A stretch of DNA of 53,877 nt from Bugula neritina (GCA_964035545.1 CAXIUT010000148.1:1-53877); one strand, 5' to 3'; positions 27,660-41,463 are shown, counted from the first letter of the stretch. Notes: generated from the sequence alone by a model not told the origin. Program-made: numbers and translations.

Positions 27660-28308
27660 ATCAAATAAGATTTTGAACCTCTTTGAATGTTTTATATTTT
27701 TAATTATGTGCTCTTATTTTCTCTAACATTTCTTCAGTCTGTTTTTTCTACTCTTCACTCATAGGATTATCTCTGAATTTATTCCTCAAATAGTAAAATT
27801 CAAGCACATTTCTCAATTCCTGCTCTTTAGTTGTCATTTTATTACAACTGCAATATTTTAAACCAAATAATACGTGAAAAGTCCATCTCCAATCTGTCTT
27901 GATAAAAAGGTACATGGATTTTTAAACTGTAAAAAATCAAAGAACAAATCAACTTGCTCACCAACTTTTTTGGAGCCAACACGCATACACCAAGCACCAA
28001 CAAAGAAGCTGTGTTATATGTGAGATATGTCCTCATTATCTTTGGATAGTTTGCCATCTATGAATGAATATCCCTTCCATAAAGGTATTAGTACGTATAG
28101 TAAAGTAACTTGTTGAGTTTTTCATGCTCCTAAGTTCTAAAATTGAAATACTTCGATCGCAACTATCTGATAAAATATCTACTCTTTAAACAAAAGAACG
28201 AATTTTGTTCTCCTAAGGATGCTCAGAGAAAGAGGCTTCATCTTTTCTATACAACTAGATATCTTTCTAGTATTGCTTTTTCGAATCTATCTCTTTTTGA
28301 GAGGTCAT
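27660..28308 (-). CDS. Hypothetical protein, possibly membrane; 20-nt intron 28163-28182; 3' structure uncertain
   Basis: ATG 28308; the intron links it to track ORF 27842-28057. Confidence 0.5.
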
Positions 28309-28362
28309 TCTTTGGTTTATATTTTAATTTAGGTTATGAAAAAAACAATAAAGAATCACATA

Positions 28363-30081
28363 TCAAACTATCATTTTGAGATTAATACAGCTAGGAGGGA
28401 AAGAAAAAGGTTCATATGTGTTTCCTTGATAATCGAATATCAGAGTTAAAGCTTGTCCTTTTTAAACAACTGTATAATAAGTTTAATTGAACATTTTATT
28501 ATTAAGATCAAATCCAGATTTTAAAAGTTACTTTCGATTGATAAATACTTAACATTTAATAGGACTTTTTTGACCTATATTTATTATCAAAAAAGCAATT
28601 CCAAGTTCTTATATAACTACCTTTGAAAAACACCAATCTTAATGTGATTTACTTAAATATTGTTTTTATTCATCATTTTTACAAGCTATCTAGAATAAAG
28701 ACCTTTCTAAAATATTGGTTTTATCCTCTTTTTATTTCACTAAAGGAATATTGGAAGTAGTATATACTCTCAAAAAACATAAACTTTTGGTATAACTTTC
28801 ACAGATAAGAAAATAATGACCAATTGGCAATTTGTCCATCCGAATAGTCACATCATTGTATATTTATTCTTTTTTTCCATTTATATATTCATATTTTTGA
28901 TTATCTAATAAACGAATAAGCATTATTCTGAGTTTTCCTTTAATACCTGAAGACCTTTCTAAAGTTAAATAAAGATTTGTTTTTTAAACAGTTTTAAAAG
29001 AGTAAAAACTAGGATTATTAAGAGAGCATTTAACTTCGTAAAAGTGTGAATTAAAGTTTTTACGATAATGAGAACAATCTATAATTTAAAAATTTCTCAT
29101 AAATTATACCAAAGGCAAACTTATAGCTTTACATAGATCTTCATATATTATTTATTTATTATCTACTTATATTTTTTTTCCAGGAATATCCCATAATATT
29201 ACTCTTCTTTCTGGAGTCTTATTTTTCTTGTTTATTATTTTACAATATTTCAAACAATATGTATGATTAGGAATTATACCTTGACAAGTGTATTTTTTAC
29301 GACTTCCAAAAACAGTTGGAAATCTCTAGTGAAATGCCTAATTTATAGTATTCCAACATCTCTACTGCTATTCTTATCTAAAATCAGTTGGAATCAGTTG
29401 ATAGAGACTAGGAGCAAGTGAAAAAGTAGTGAGGACTTAGTGAGCATAACCAAAGCTAATCTTTTAATAACTTCCTTTAATTTTAGCAAATGCCTTTTCA
29501 AGAATAGGTACCCAAAGTAGCTTTTAATCAAGATGACAGAAAACAGCTCTTTAATGATTATTAGCGAATACAGGAAAATAATTATCGATTATTAGTTACT
29601 GAGGTCTTCCTTTGACATTAATTTTGATTTTTAAAATTCCAGATTAACTAATTTTAGGTTATTCATCGAAAATATCTTTAATGATAGCTTCATTTTAACT
29701 AAGAGATGCAATAGATGCTATAAAAAAGCTATCTCCTGTTTTCATATCTAATATATCATCAGCATGATATGATATTTTAAAACTAGACCCGAATAATTCA
29801 GAAAGTCTTACCCATTCTACTTTTCTTCCCTAATATTTTCCCAAAGACTCCTCTGATGGAGGAAAATCTTTATCTACAAAGCCTTAATCATAGCTAGATT
29901 TTTCTTCAATATTTTATTTGGATTTAGCATAAAGACGAAATGGTTCTGATGTATTTTAAATATTATTATTGACCTGACTTCCTCGAATAACCATTCTTTG
30001 TTGTTTATGATTATTAAATCCTTTATAAAGAAGGTATTCTTAATTTTTAACTTTGGCTTATTGACAACAAATTGAGAACAT
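28363..30081 (-). CDS. Calpain-like protein with catalytic Cys replaced by Ser, ~572 aa
   Basis: FVDKDFPPSEESL, EWVRLSE, DMKTGDSFFIASIASL (canonical QGxLGDC), IDNYFP, WVPILEKAFAK, IIPNHTY. Confidence 0.85.
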
Positions 30082-30158
30082 TCAATTTTATTATTAAGTT
30101 TTAACTAAAATTAAAACTAAACTATGAAGTAATATATCAATAATAGTGATAAGAAGAA

Positions 30159-31492
30159 TCAAATAAATTCTTTAGAAACTGTTTTAACTCCTTTATTTAT
30201 AAGTTTATCAATTATATTTTTACTTTAACTTTCTTTAGAAGAATAACATCGATTTCCTTTTATAGTAAATGACTTCAAATTTTGAAGAAAAAGAATATTC
30301 TAGCTGATTATCAATAACCTATTATTATCTATATTATTATAAACTTACTTAGATGTAGATCTACTAATTTATTTAATTTAATAATTTTATTAGGAATTTA
30401 TTTGATTTTATTATGATCCATTGACAATATTTTTAAATTTTAGAGATGAAAAATATTCTAAAATACTTTTATTTCATTGTATTAGATATATATCTATTCC
30501 AATTAAAGGTTATTTTTCATGCCTTTAAATTTCTATATTTAATTATAAGATAAATTCATTTTAATAAGTTTTCTCAAATTTTATAATCCTTCTATATTCC
30601 TGAGATGGTTGTGATTAAGATCGATAATTTGAAGATTTAAAAATACTTCCACAAAAGTCATCTTCTTTAGTTATATTCCATCTAAATTAATATGATTAGT
30701 ACTTATTGTTACTTTCCGTTGCGATTAAAATTTAGTCTATGAATTAATTAATCTTTTAAGAGGATAAGTTTTTGTCTTTTTCAATAAACTTATCTCTTTT
30801 ATCCAATATTGTTTTCTAGCTTGTAAAGCTTCTTACCTTATTCTTAAACATTCCTACTTATCTGGTAATTTTATTTATTCTGATTATTCTAATTAAATCA
30901 AATCTTTCTAAATTTATGTCTTCTATTAATTAATATCAATAATTTTATTTTATTTTTACTCTTTTTGTGGTTTTATTTATGATTTCATCTGAGATTTAAT
31001 TTATTCTTCATGCTTTTTTCTTATTAATAACATAGATAATTAACTCTCTTTTTATAATCTGTCAAGTTAATTATCAGCTTGATTGATTCTTATTTATAAA
31101 TCATCTTTCTTTTTAAAAAATCGGTGTTATAACTATTATTATTTTATTATTTATCTTTTTATTTCTTACAATTATTTTTATTTTCTATCTCTAATAATTG
31201 AAAAATCATCTTGTAATTTAGCCTTATTTCGCATTAATCTAAATGTCTTTTTTTTAAGAACTTCTTCTCTACCAATAGATTTCAATTATAAATCATATTA
31301 TTTTAATTGTTTTCCTATTTAAACACATAATTTTAAAGATCTATCGATTTCGTCGAAATAAAGTGCTCCAGGTTTATTTAAATAGACATAAAAATGACTT
31401 AAATTGTTAAAATATGATTGTAATTAAGAAGGTAGTTCTTAAAATGTAAAATGTCGAAAATAACATTCTGAATGACATGATTTAGATCTCAT
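30159..31492 (-). CDS. Hypothetical Glu/Lys-rich coiled-coil protein (boundaries approximate)
   Basis: Long TGA-poor frame on the minus strand, rich in TAA/GAA/AAA codons. Confidence 0.45.
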
Positions 31493-31673
31493 TTAGATAT
31501 GAAAAAGTTCTTGATTGTTCTAATTAGTTAAGATATATCTGATATTGTAAAGACTTTACATAACTTTTTTTCAATATAATTGTATCCATTTTACTTTTGA
31601 TAGTAATGTTTATAGAAAAGTGAAATATTGTACGATATTTGTTGACTATATTTCAAATATTTATAAGTCAATC

Positions 31674-33226
31674 ATGTGGAGTATTTTACGTTTACTAGTT
31701 CTCACTTTAGTTTTCTCTTTAGTCTTCGCAAGCTACCTAGAATTTCCTCTTGTTAGAACTTAATTTCTAAGTCAACATTACAATGGCAGCCCTCTTGTCT
31801 GTAAAAACGAAACAACTCTCGATCAAGATGCAAAGTATTATTAAGTTTGTTATTAAAAAGATATCAGCTACTCTATTCCCTTTATTTTCAACGACTAACA
31901 TCTCATGATGTCAGTAGATTTAACAGCTCCTATCGGATGGATCAAAGGTCTATCCTGTAAAATTGAAGGAACTTCAAAAAGATGTAAAAGAATGACTTAA
32001 ACTTTAAAAGATAAGGTAAAGGTAATAAAGAAGAAAATATCTAATAGATTTCATTCTAAAAAGGCATCAAAATAAGATGCTATAATTTAAGGTTCTTCAT
32101 AGGTTATTCGTGGATAAATATAAAAAAGTCAAAATTTATCTTTTATAACGACTGATTCCAACAGAATCAATTCATTTTTCGAAATGATCTTACTTGGTCT
32201 CTACATATATGGCTAAAAAGACCATCTTCAACTATAAAATACTAATTTTATCAATGCAACCGAACTAAGTGTCAATTTGAATGATATTAGCGATGGAGCG
32301 ATTTCAATGCGATTCGACTAGGCTTCATAAAATTCTTTTCTCAATTAAATATTCAACTATGTAAAAGCAACTGAGAAGACAGTATCAATATATCTTGGCA
32401 ATAACAATTCAATAACTATTGGTGATTAATCTTCAAAATATACAAAAGATGGATATAGTAGTATTCAATGGATAGACATGCCAGAAGATTAAGGATTTGG
32501 TAAATTACCAAGATTATCAGATATCGGTATGGATGATAGAGACGAAGATACTTAAGGATAAATTAGTTAATAACTAACAGCTGTATTGAGTTTAAGTGCT
32601 TCATATATTGGTTTGCCTTAATCTGTAATTAAAAGTGTTTTTAGTAAATTTGTTAAAGAATTTCATTGTGTAGTTAATAATCGAACCTACTTTTTGTAAT
32701 GCACTGGTCCAAATAAAAAGAAATTATGGAAAATAGTATAAAAAGATATATATTTTGATTTTGGAGGAAAAAATATCAATCTAAATATCGCAGATTTAGT
32801 TTTATAAAAACAAAGTAAGAAATTAATCCTTAATATAAAGAAAACTTTCAATAATAGAATTATTTTAGGATAACCTGTCTTCCAAAAACATTATATAATA
32901 TTAGATTATAGTAAAAATCGATTTGGTTTTGCATAAAAAAGAACAATTTTCAATTAAATGTTTATAAGTGTTGTATCTCTTATTCATTTCTTATGTGTTT
33001 TATTCACCTCAGGTAATTCTTATGAGATTTAGGTTGTTGCTTTGTCATCTGTTTCTAACCTTGTAGAAGAATATTCAAGAAATCAAACGGAGGAAGACAA
33101 TGGGAAGGCAAAAAACGACATAAAAACAAACAATACTCTCCTATCCAAGATAATCCCTATGAATAAATACAAGGTAAAATCAGTGATGCGATCAGTAACA
33201 ACTAAAGAGATGTTGAAGGTATTTGA
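31674..33226 (+). CDS. Membrane-anchored pepsin-family (A1) aspartic protease homolog, degenerate active site; 20-nt intron 33013-33032
   Basis: Signal peptide; VDLTAPIGWI (canonical FDTGSSxLWV); AVLSLSASYIGLP (canonical AIVDTGTSxIxxP); IILGEPVFQKHYIILDYSKNRFGFA; C-terminal TM. Confidence 0.78.
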
Positions 33227-33329
33227 TTTCTTATTGTTATTATTGATAGTATTATTAGTATTGCTATTTTAATATTATTGGTATTTATAGCGATGGTGAT
33301 AATCAAGTTTGAAATAAAATTATAACTGA

Positions 33330-34824
33330 ATGCCTAGAGATTAACACTCTCAGAGCTTTTCAGTCAACTCTTCAGGAGTTAGATTGAACCAAACCTAGAA
33401 AATGCAAAGGGAAGCCGACCACTATACCAAGAAATACTAGTGGGAAAGACGTAATCTCCTGACTCTCCAAGGAGTTGAATCTAAACTTCAAGGAGATATC
33501 GACACTCTCAAGAAAACAGTTGCCCATCTTAAGAAGGAAAGCGACTAAGGCTAAATCAAGTTAATGTTTACCAAAATGCGTAACCTTCAAAAACAAATTG
33601 ATATCGTAAATATGAAACTATTTAGAATGATAAGAGATACAATGAAACAATGGGTGATATTTCTAAACTAAAAACCACAATTAACCAACTTAGACAAGAA
33701 AAGACTATGTATCAAAACAACCTTCAAAGTCTACAAGGGGATATTGATAAAGCTGAACAAGAAATTAACAACCTAACTGATAACATCAAAGCTAGTCAAA
33801 ACACAAGCAATATGAGTCAAAACCTTATGTTAAGTTTAAAAATGAAAAATTAAGAAGATAAAACCAACTACTATCGAAGACTAACTGAATTGAATAAAGA
33901 ACTCAGAGATCCTAGACTTAATCATGGAAGTCGTATCAAAACAGGTGAAATCAGTGCTATTCAAAATGATACCTCAGCTGTATTAAAACAAAGACTAACT
34001 AAATTAATAGTCAACAATAAAGAAAAAGTGAAACTTATTGATAACTATCAAAGAAATATGAAAGTTATTGATTAAGCCTTTAACACTATAAAAGAAGCCA
34101 CTGGATTGACCGATATCTTGGAAATTCAAAACACTTTTATCAAAGGAGAAGAACAAAACTACAACTTGTTAACTTACGTTGATGTTCTTAACCAAGAAAT
34201 TGATAATCTCGTTGATGTGAACCAACATCTAAGAGCCAAAAATGAACAATTAAAAAAAGACAATCAATAGAAACAAAGAATTCTCAATGAGACTCCTGAA
34301 GATGAGAAAAGAAGAATCAAAATTCAAGAGTATGTTGATAGAAAGAAAAAAGAAGTTGATGATTTCCAAGGTATGCTCAATGAAATATCACCTTTGGTCA
34401 GAGATGTCCTCATCAAGCTAGCTGGATCTAAATTCAATAGAGACAATCCCAACAGAGTGCAAGAGTACTTGAATTCAGGAGTCAACCTTAACGATTCTAA
34501 CTTATCAGAATATCTTTCTGAATTGGAAGAATACACTAATAGCATTTTGATTTATAAGGGAAAAGCCAATAAACAAAACACTTCTTAAATCTATGCCAAG
34601 ACATTGTTACTTGATGATTTACCTGCAAAAGAATTCAAGAAAAGAACTTATGTACATATAATTTTATTTAGGATAATGGAGTATTGAACAGTGTTTTGGA
34701 TGAGACAAAAGATAAGACCAAAGGAGTTGAAAAATTGCTTGACAGAGATCAACTCATGGAAATGGCTAAGAGATAATTCTAGACCAAGAAACAAGCCTAA
34801 GTTGGAAAAGGTAAAAAGAAATGA
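33330..34824 (+). CDS. Outer dynein arm docking complex-like coiled-coil protein (CCDC114/63/151 family); 20-nt introns 33606-33625 and 34652-34671
   Basis: EADHYTKKYEWERR, INQLRQEK, AFNTIKEATGLTDI..FIKGEEQNYNLLTYVDVLNQEI, NLSEYLSELEEY. Confidence 0.75.
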
Positions 34825-34863
34825 TATGCCAATTAATTATCATCATCAATATATTTGAAGCTA

Positions 34864-35460
34864 TCATTGATTCCCATTATAGGGATTGGGTTGATCTTGA
34901 CCTTTATTGACTATGATAATGGGTTGCTGTCCTTGCCCTTGTTGAGGATATTGTGGTTGTTGAGGATATTGAGGATATTGACCATATGGAGGTTGCTGAG
35001 GCATGTATTGTTGCTGAGGATATTGAGGTTGCCCATATTGAGGTTGCCCATATTGAGGTTGACCGTATTGCGGTTGGCCATATTGCGGTTGCCCATATTG
35101 TGGCTGTCCGTATTGTGGTTGACCGTATTGAGGTTGACCATATTGCGGTTGACCATATTGAGGTTGCTGAGGTGGTTGTTGATTTGTATTGCTACTCATT
35201 CCACCAGGAGTTGTAAGTTTTTTGAAGAGGACAAAGAGTTCAGGTTTAGTGATGACTCCATTTTTTTGTAAATCAATACTGTACATAACTTCTTTAGTTT
35301 ATTAAGCTGTGAATCTTCTGGGTTGATTGAGTTGAATAAAAAGTTGGTTAAGGAATGTATGCAACTAATTGCAATCAAGAGCCCCACTTCCATCATAATC
35401 GTACTGTTCAAAGACTTCATTAATAAACATCTTCAGAGTTTAGTCATCTAGTCCACTCAT
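34864..35460 (-). CDS. EF-hand protein with Pro/Gln/Tyr/Gly-rich (PQYGQ)n tail, 198 aa
   Basis: DYDGSGALDCNE (position-12 Glu = TAG) and DLQKNGVITKPE EF loops, followed by PQYGQ repeats. Confidence 0.88.
35030..35165 (-). repeat. Coding 15-bp tandem repeat (CAACCNCAATAYGGN) encoding QPQYG
   Basis: About 9 copies with synonymous variation. Confidence 0.9.
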
Positions 35461-35492
35461 TATAACCTGATTAATAATTTTATTAGATTGAA

Positions 35493-38400
35493 TCAATTAT
35501 TGCGAATCTTAGATAATCTCTACTAAGTTAATTTATCCAATTTAAAGAATTATTTCAACTGGTTTCCTGTCATTTTTGCTCTAGGCTCTTACTCTTCCTC
35601 AGCATTCATGTAGTTTTAATCATCACTGATTTCCCTTCGGCCAGGAATTCTATCTTCTTAGAACAACTATTCAGCATTTGCTACATATTATTCATCATCG
35701 TCAGATTCCTTCTCAGATTAAGAAGAAGATTATGATAGCTAGATATCATATTTGATGATTTCATCAGTAAATATGACTCCATTATCTGATCTTCTAATCC
35801 ATGGTGCTTAGGGTTTGATTTCTATTGAAGACATTGTAAACTATTCGAATATTTTATCTTAAAATTTAGGGATTATATCTGGTTTTCGAATATGAGGAAG
35901 GCAGAAAAATATTCTAGAATGAATAGTTGCCGCAGATAAAGGTAATACAACCTCAGGAAATATTGAACAAAGTCTATTTTAGACTGGAAAAGGTACTATT
36001 TATAAACAATCTTTGTTTTTCTTGCTCTTTGATTATTTTATTTTTGATTCCTGTTTTAGAATATCAATTAATCGTTCATATTAATCTCTAATTTATCCTT
36101 CAGGGATTTGATCTATGATTTAGATAAGACCTTTTTGAGCAGCTGAATAATCTTTTTAAAGTATATTACAAATTGTAATATTAAACTGTAATTCTTGATA
36201 ATTAAAGGCCATATTTTAAAAGGACAAGTGATTGAAATTTATTAAATATTATTCATCTATCTATAAACTTTAAAGTGGTTGATATCTTTTCTCCATCAAA
36301 GAAAAAGATCTGATAAAGTTCTTCTTTGCTGCAGAATAATTTTTACAATAAAAATACATTACACCCTTATAAAACTGATATAAATACTCTTAAACAAATA
36401 TACCAAATTATCCTTTTGACCTTTTCTTCGCTTATTTCATACGAACTAGTATTCCTTAATAACCAGACATGGAATCATCACTACACTATCTTAAACACTC
36501 AATTATCTCATAATCAAAAGCAATTTTAGAATCATTTTTTAACTAAAGCATCATTTTCATGTAGGCCAGTGAATTAAGAACATCTTTAGCAATCAAGTAA
36601 CATTTTACTTTATAGAAAAGAACGTCAAAATTTTTATTTAAATTATTAACATTAGAATAAGCCTTATTAGCATCTTCATAGGCCTTAATATAGAACAAAA
36701 GATGACCTGCCCAAACATGGATTTCAGGAGAACTAGGTCTATAAGTCATATATGATTGAAGATCATTAAAACCAGATTTAACTTAATCAGTCAAAAGCAT
36801 GCATTTAGCTCTACTTAAAAATGCTTCTGGTAGTTGATGTTTTTCATCATTATCAATAGCTTTTTTGAATTAGCTAATTGCTTAATGATATTTACCACTT
36901 TAAGCAAAATTTAATCCAATCAAATAGAACACAAGATGATTAGGTTTAGTACTTTAGTTAAGACACTGATCAAAGTCATTAAGTGCATTTTTAAGATATC
37001 CTAAAGAATAATTTAATAATCCTCTAACCATATAAAGAGAAGGATTATTTTAAATAGTTTATATCTTTTTGATAGTTCTCATAGCCGATTCAAGATATTA
37101 TTTCTTCTTTTATTTCATCTCTTTTGGAATTAACTTATTTGAAAATAATATCAGAGTTAATGCTTTATAAAAAGCTGGTTCAATTCGATAAGGTAGAGCT
37201 TTAGCTGCCTTTGAAAATAAAGTAAGAGCATTCTAGTATTTTAGATTGTTGCATGCAATAACTGCCTCACAGATAAATTTGTTGTACAAATTAGGAAGAT
37301 CTAGTGAAAATTATCTTTCCATCATGTCGAGATCTTATTTAGCCTGTTGAAATTTTTAAAGTGCCATATAGCCATAAGATCTGGTTGAATAAAAAAGAGG
37401 TTTTAGAAAATTTGATAAAGGTTTATCTTTATCTTAAAGAAGTTCAGTTAAAATTTTAATTCCTTCTTGATAATTTTTTTTCATCATAGAAGTAACTCCA
37501 TTGATAAATATTTTAAACTTTTTGACTACTTTTTCATCGATATCAAGATATTAAGCTCTTTAAAGAGTAAAAAGAGCTTAATAATAGTCTCTATTTTATA
37601 TTTTTATTCTAGTAATCTCATAGATAGATCTTGTAACTGCTCTCTTATTTGAATTATGTTTAATAGCCTGCTAGTAACAAATAATCGATTCATTTTGTTG
37701 TTCTAAATCATTAAAAAGTTACTTAATTTATTAAATATTAATCCTTTAAAGTAATAAGCCTCACTATTTTAAATATCTGCATTCAGAAGGCTATTAATAT
37801 CTTCTAAAGCAGAATCATATCTTTTCAGTTACATATTACAGATTGCTCTTCTTAGAAGTAAACAAACACTGCTCTTTTTGTTATTTAAAGCTTGACTATA
37901 ATAATTTTTAGCCTCTTAGTATTTCTATATTAATCTCAAACAATCTCCCTTACCAATAAATGCTATCTGCTTTTGACTATCAAGAGTAATAGCTTTATCG
38001 AAATCTTGTAAAGCGAGTCGATATTATTTTAGTTTAAGTCTCAATTTACCTCGATAAATATAAGCTTCATAATATTTAGGATAATGTTTGATACACTTAT
38101 TAAGCTATATAAACAACTATATACTATTTATTCAGTATCTTAATATCTTTAATTTTTTTTATAGCATACTGAAAGAAGAAGATAAGTATTTTTTTTAGGT
38201 TTATTTCTCATCATAGTTTCAAAAATATTAATAGCTTGGTCATATGATCCATAAAATATATGACATATTCCAAGTAAATATTGTAGCTAAAGATGACTAG
38301 ACTAAACTTCAAGAGCATTTTCAATTATATTGATAGCTTCAGATAGCTGATTTGTTTTTAGATATTAATTAACTTTCTCAATTGTATTTTCAATAAAAGT

Positions 38401-38772
38401 ATTTCCCTTGACTTTTTGCTGAACACCTTTTACTATAAAATCAATATCTTCATGGTCTTTGCTGGGCGAGTCGTATTCTCGATTAATTGACTGTTATAAT
38501 TTGGAATATTTATGATTATTTCTCTGAGGAGAAGTATTGTTCAGTTGATACTTTTTGGTTTATAGTTTGCCTTGACTGAGTCTTTTCAATTCTATTGGAT
38601 TTTTTTTTGAAGATTTTTGTTTTTTAATTGGATTAAAACTATTCTTATATTTGGGAAGAGAACGTTGGTTTGGAGTAGATACTTGGTTCTGATTAATATC
38701 GAAATATTCTTGAGGATTTCTTCGTTTTTTTGGAAGATTATTGCTTGAGGATACTATCTTTGTCTTTCTCAT
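35493..38772 (-). CDS. Large tetratricopeptide-repeat protein
   Basis: Low-complexity N-terminus, then repeated TPR helices (LQYLLGICHIF, AYIYRGKL, ALQDFDKAI, AFIGKGDC, AYYFKG); C-terminal KPEAPWIRRSDNGVIFTD. Confidence 0.8.
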
Positions 38773-38967
38773 AACAGTTGATATATTTTAAATAATAAAA
38801 TCGTCAACAACAATCTTTTACTTAAACCAATATATCAACCATATCTGATATTTTTTAAGATTTTTACAGATTATTCATCAAAATTATTGGATAATATGAG
38901 CTATAATAATATCCATAAACTATTTAATAATTTTTAAAAGTAGTATAAAGATATTTAGTCCTTATAA

Positions 38968-39791
38968 TCACTTAACAGCACTTGGCTTTCTTTTCTTTTC
39001 ATCACGGAGATGTTTTTCTTCAGTAATGTTAAGGTAAAGACCATTTCCATCGGGAAGACTGATTGAAGATTTCTTATTTCCAATAATGAAAACATTTCCT
39101 TTTCTGGTGGCAAATGATTTACCATTGCTGTCTTTAAGATGAACAATATCAAAACTTCCAAGATGTCTTTCAACGTGTAGAACTTGGGCAACTCTTCCAA
39201 CGTTGTTTCCAGCTGTAATAAAAGCAAGATGTCCTGGCTCATTGGTGAACCATTCAACGATTTTGTTGTTTTCAAGATCAAACTTGATAGTATCTCCTTA
39301 GTTGATTTCTGGGTGAGGGAATCTGATAGTTCTTCCGTCATTAGTAACAATGTAAGGAATCTTATTAGGTCCAACAGCTTTAGTTTTAACCTTCATAAGT
39401 TTGCTTCTGGCTTCAGATTCTTTAATCTTGACAAGAATAAATCTTCCCTTGACATCATACATAAGTCTAAAGTTTTATCCAGTTTTAACAACAGTGATCA
39501 CATCTTGAATACCAACTGGGAACTTGATATCTCTTCTGATTTTATTATCAATCTTGATTCCAGCTTATTTATCTTGGACAATGATATTGGCTTCACGGCT
39601 TGTTAAAGCTATCTTGAGATGATTTCTTAATAAATGCATTAGTACCTAAGGAGGATAGAGAGGGGAAGACACTCTCTAAGTTTGTGGGGACCTTGGCTAG
39701 GTCTTGTGGCATAAATGCCTCCCATCTTAGATAGAAGCCATGATCTAGGGGTATTTATTCTTTTAAGATGCTTTTTGGGTCCTCTGGCCAT
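38968..39791 (-). CDS. RPS4: 40S ribosomal protein S4 (eS4); 20-nt intron 39626-39645
   Basis: [12 protein letters not shown]...[24 protein letters not shown]; GNNVGRV; [12 protein letters not shown]. Confidence 0.97.
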
Positions 39792-39971
39792 AGATTATTT
39801 ATTAACAATTAATATATTAAATATTTTAATATTAAACTCTCTTATCTAGAAGATTAAAGCTAATTTCAAATCAAACGATAAAATAGATGATTAAATCAAG
39901 TATAAACCTCTAAATATGATTTATTGTATTTGTTCAATATAATTATTTAGATATAATTAGTTGAATAAAGA

Positions 39972-41216
39972 TCATTTTATGATAAGATGTTTATTCTCTT
40001 TTTCAATCATTATATTTTTAGTTGAACGTGATTCGATTACCTGAGGTAATAACTTACTACTCATAGGTTTTTTATGTAAATCTCTTTCAAGTGGTGGAAG
40101 CTATTTAGTACTTTTGTTTGAAAGAAAATATTTAGGTGTATTTTTATCTTTGTCTTTAAGAGATACTTCAGCAGGAAGCTCTATTACTTTCTCAGATCTA
40201 AATTTCTTAGTCTTTATCTTGAATGATGAGTTTGTAGATTCTTTGTCAATAAAGTTGACTGTTTTCTTCCCATTTTAAACGAATTGAGATTTAGGCAGTC
40301 TTTCATTCAACATTCTTAGCACTTTAGGACATTAAATTGGTTCAATTAGTTTTACTTGTCTTTTTTCTTATAAATCATTTGCTATTCCTTCTGCTGAAAG
40401 CTAAAATTAAGCAAAATAAGGTTTTTCCAAAAGAAATGCTGCACTTGGACGCTGTACAGGATCAGTTCTTAAACATAAACCTATAAATTCTTTCAAATTT
40501 TTGGTATATTTTTTCGGAATATCCTGATATGTACCTTTTGTTACTGATTGGAATAATCCTGGGAAATCATCTGCTCTAAAAGGAGGCAAAAGAGTGCACA
40601 TTTAATAGATAATGCATCCAAGAGCCCAAACATCACATTTGTTATCATACTTTTGCCCATTCCAGATCTAAGGACTGGTATAGTATGGAGTTCCAGTTTG
40701 AGTAGTAGCAAATCCATTATCAGTAAGCTTAGAAATATTGAGATCTCCGATCTTAGCTACTCCATTAACAAAAAATATATTCGCACATTTCATATCTCTA
40801 TGAATGATATTATGTTAATGCAATCCCTTTAGACCTTTAAGCACTTGATGCGCAGTCTTCCAGATAAACTTCTAATCAAAACCACTATGTCCATATCTCT
40901 CAAGACGCTGATTCATCATAACCTCGAGATCACCTCCTTCTGCATACTCCATAGCGATGCAAAGAGATTGTAGTTCTAAAGAATAAAATGAACATTTATA
41001 AGAAACAACATATGGCATATTAATCGAAGCAAGTAATCGAATTTAGTTGAGAGCAGCATTTTTTTATTTTTGTTTAGCATTTGCTAAGAATACCGATTTA
41101 AGAGCATATAGCTTTTTGTCTTCCTTTCTTTTGACAAGTTGAACTTTTCCGTAGCTACCTGTACCTAGCTCTCTGATGATTTAAAAGTCTTTGAGACAAT
41201 AATCCCCTTTATCCAT
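39972..41216 (-). CDS. NIMA-related kinase (NEK), ~414 aa
   Basis: LGTGSYGKV, YALK, KEKNAALNEIRLLAS, HRDMKCANIF, GDLNISK, TQTGTPYYTSPEIW, DVWALGCIIYEMCTL. Confidence 0.93.
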
Positions 41217-41380
41217 TAGAAGAATGATATGAAAATGATATACTTTTAAATAACAGTATTGCCAATCTTATAAATAGAAGAAATAACTGATTTTACTCGA
41301 TTATAATTTTTCATAAAAATATTTATCATAAAGATTATCATTGAATATTTAAACCATACTATTTCCTTAATATAGATATA

Positions 41381-41463
41381 GGGGTTGGGGTTGGGGTTGG
41401 GGTTGGGGTTGGGGTTGGGGTTGGGGTTGGGGTTGGGGTTGGGGTTGGGGTTGGGGTTGGGTT
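41381..41463 (+). repeat. Internal telomeric tract 3, 83 bp
   Basis: Read directly from sequence. Confidence 0.98.

Noticed and set aside
33451-33471. Possible 21-nt GT-AG intron in the docking-complex gene
   Set aside because: The frame is open and plausible without splicing, and the -6 A is absent
35030-35165. CRISPR-like or mobile-element repeat
   Set aside because: A coding tandem repeat with no spacers; no transposase or terminal repeats were seen anywhere in the window
34855-35271. Plus-strand ORFs with LRLPI / VAHI repeats
   Set aside because: Antisense or alternative frames of the PQYGQ repeat in the EF-hand gene
38955-39606. Track ORFs of 139 and 140 aa
   Set aside because: Shadow frames of RPS4
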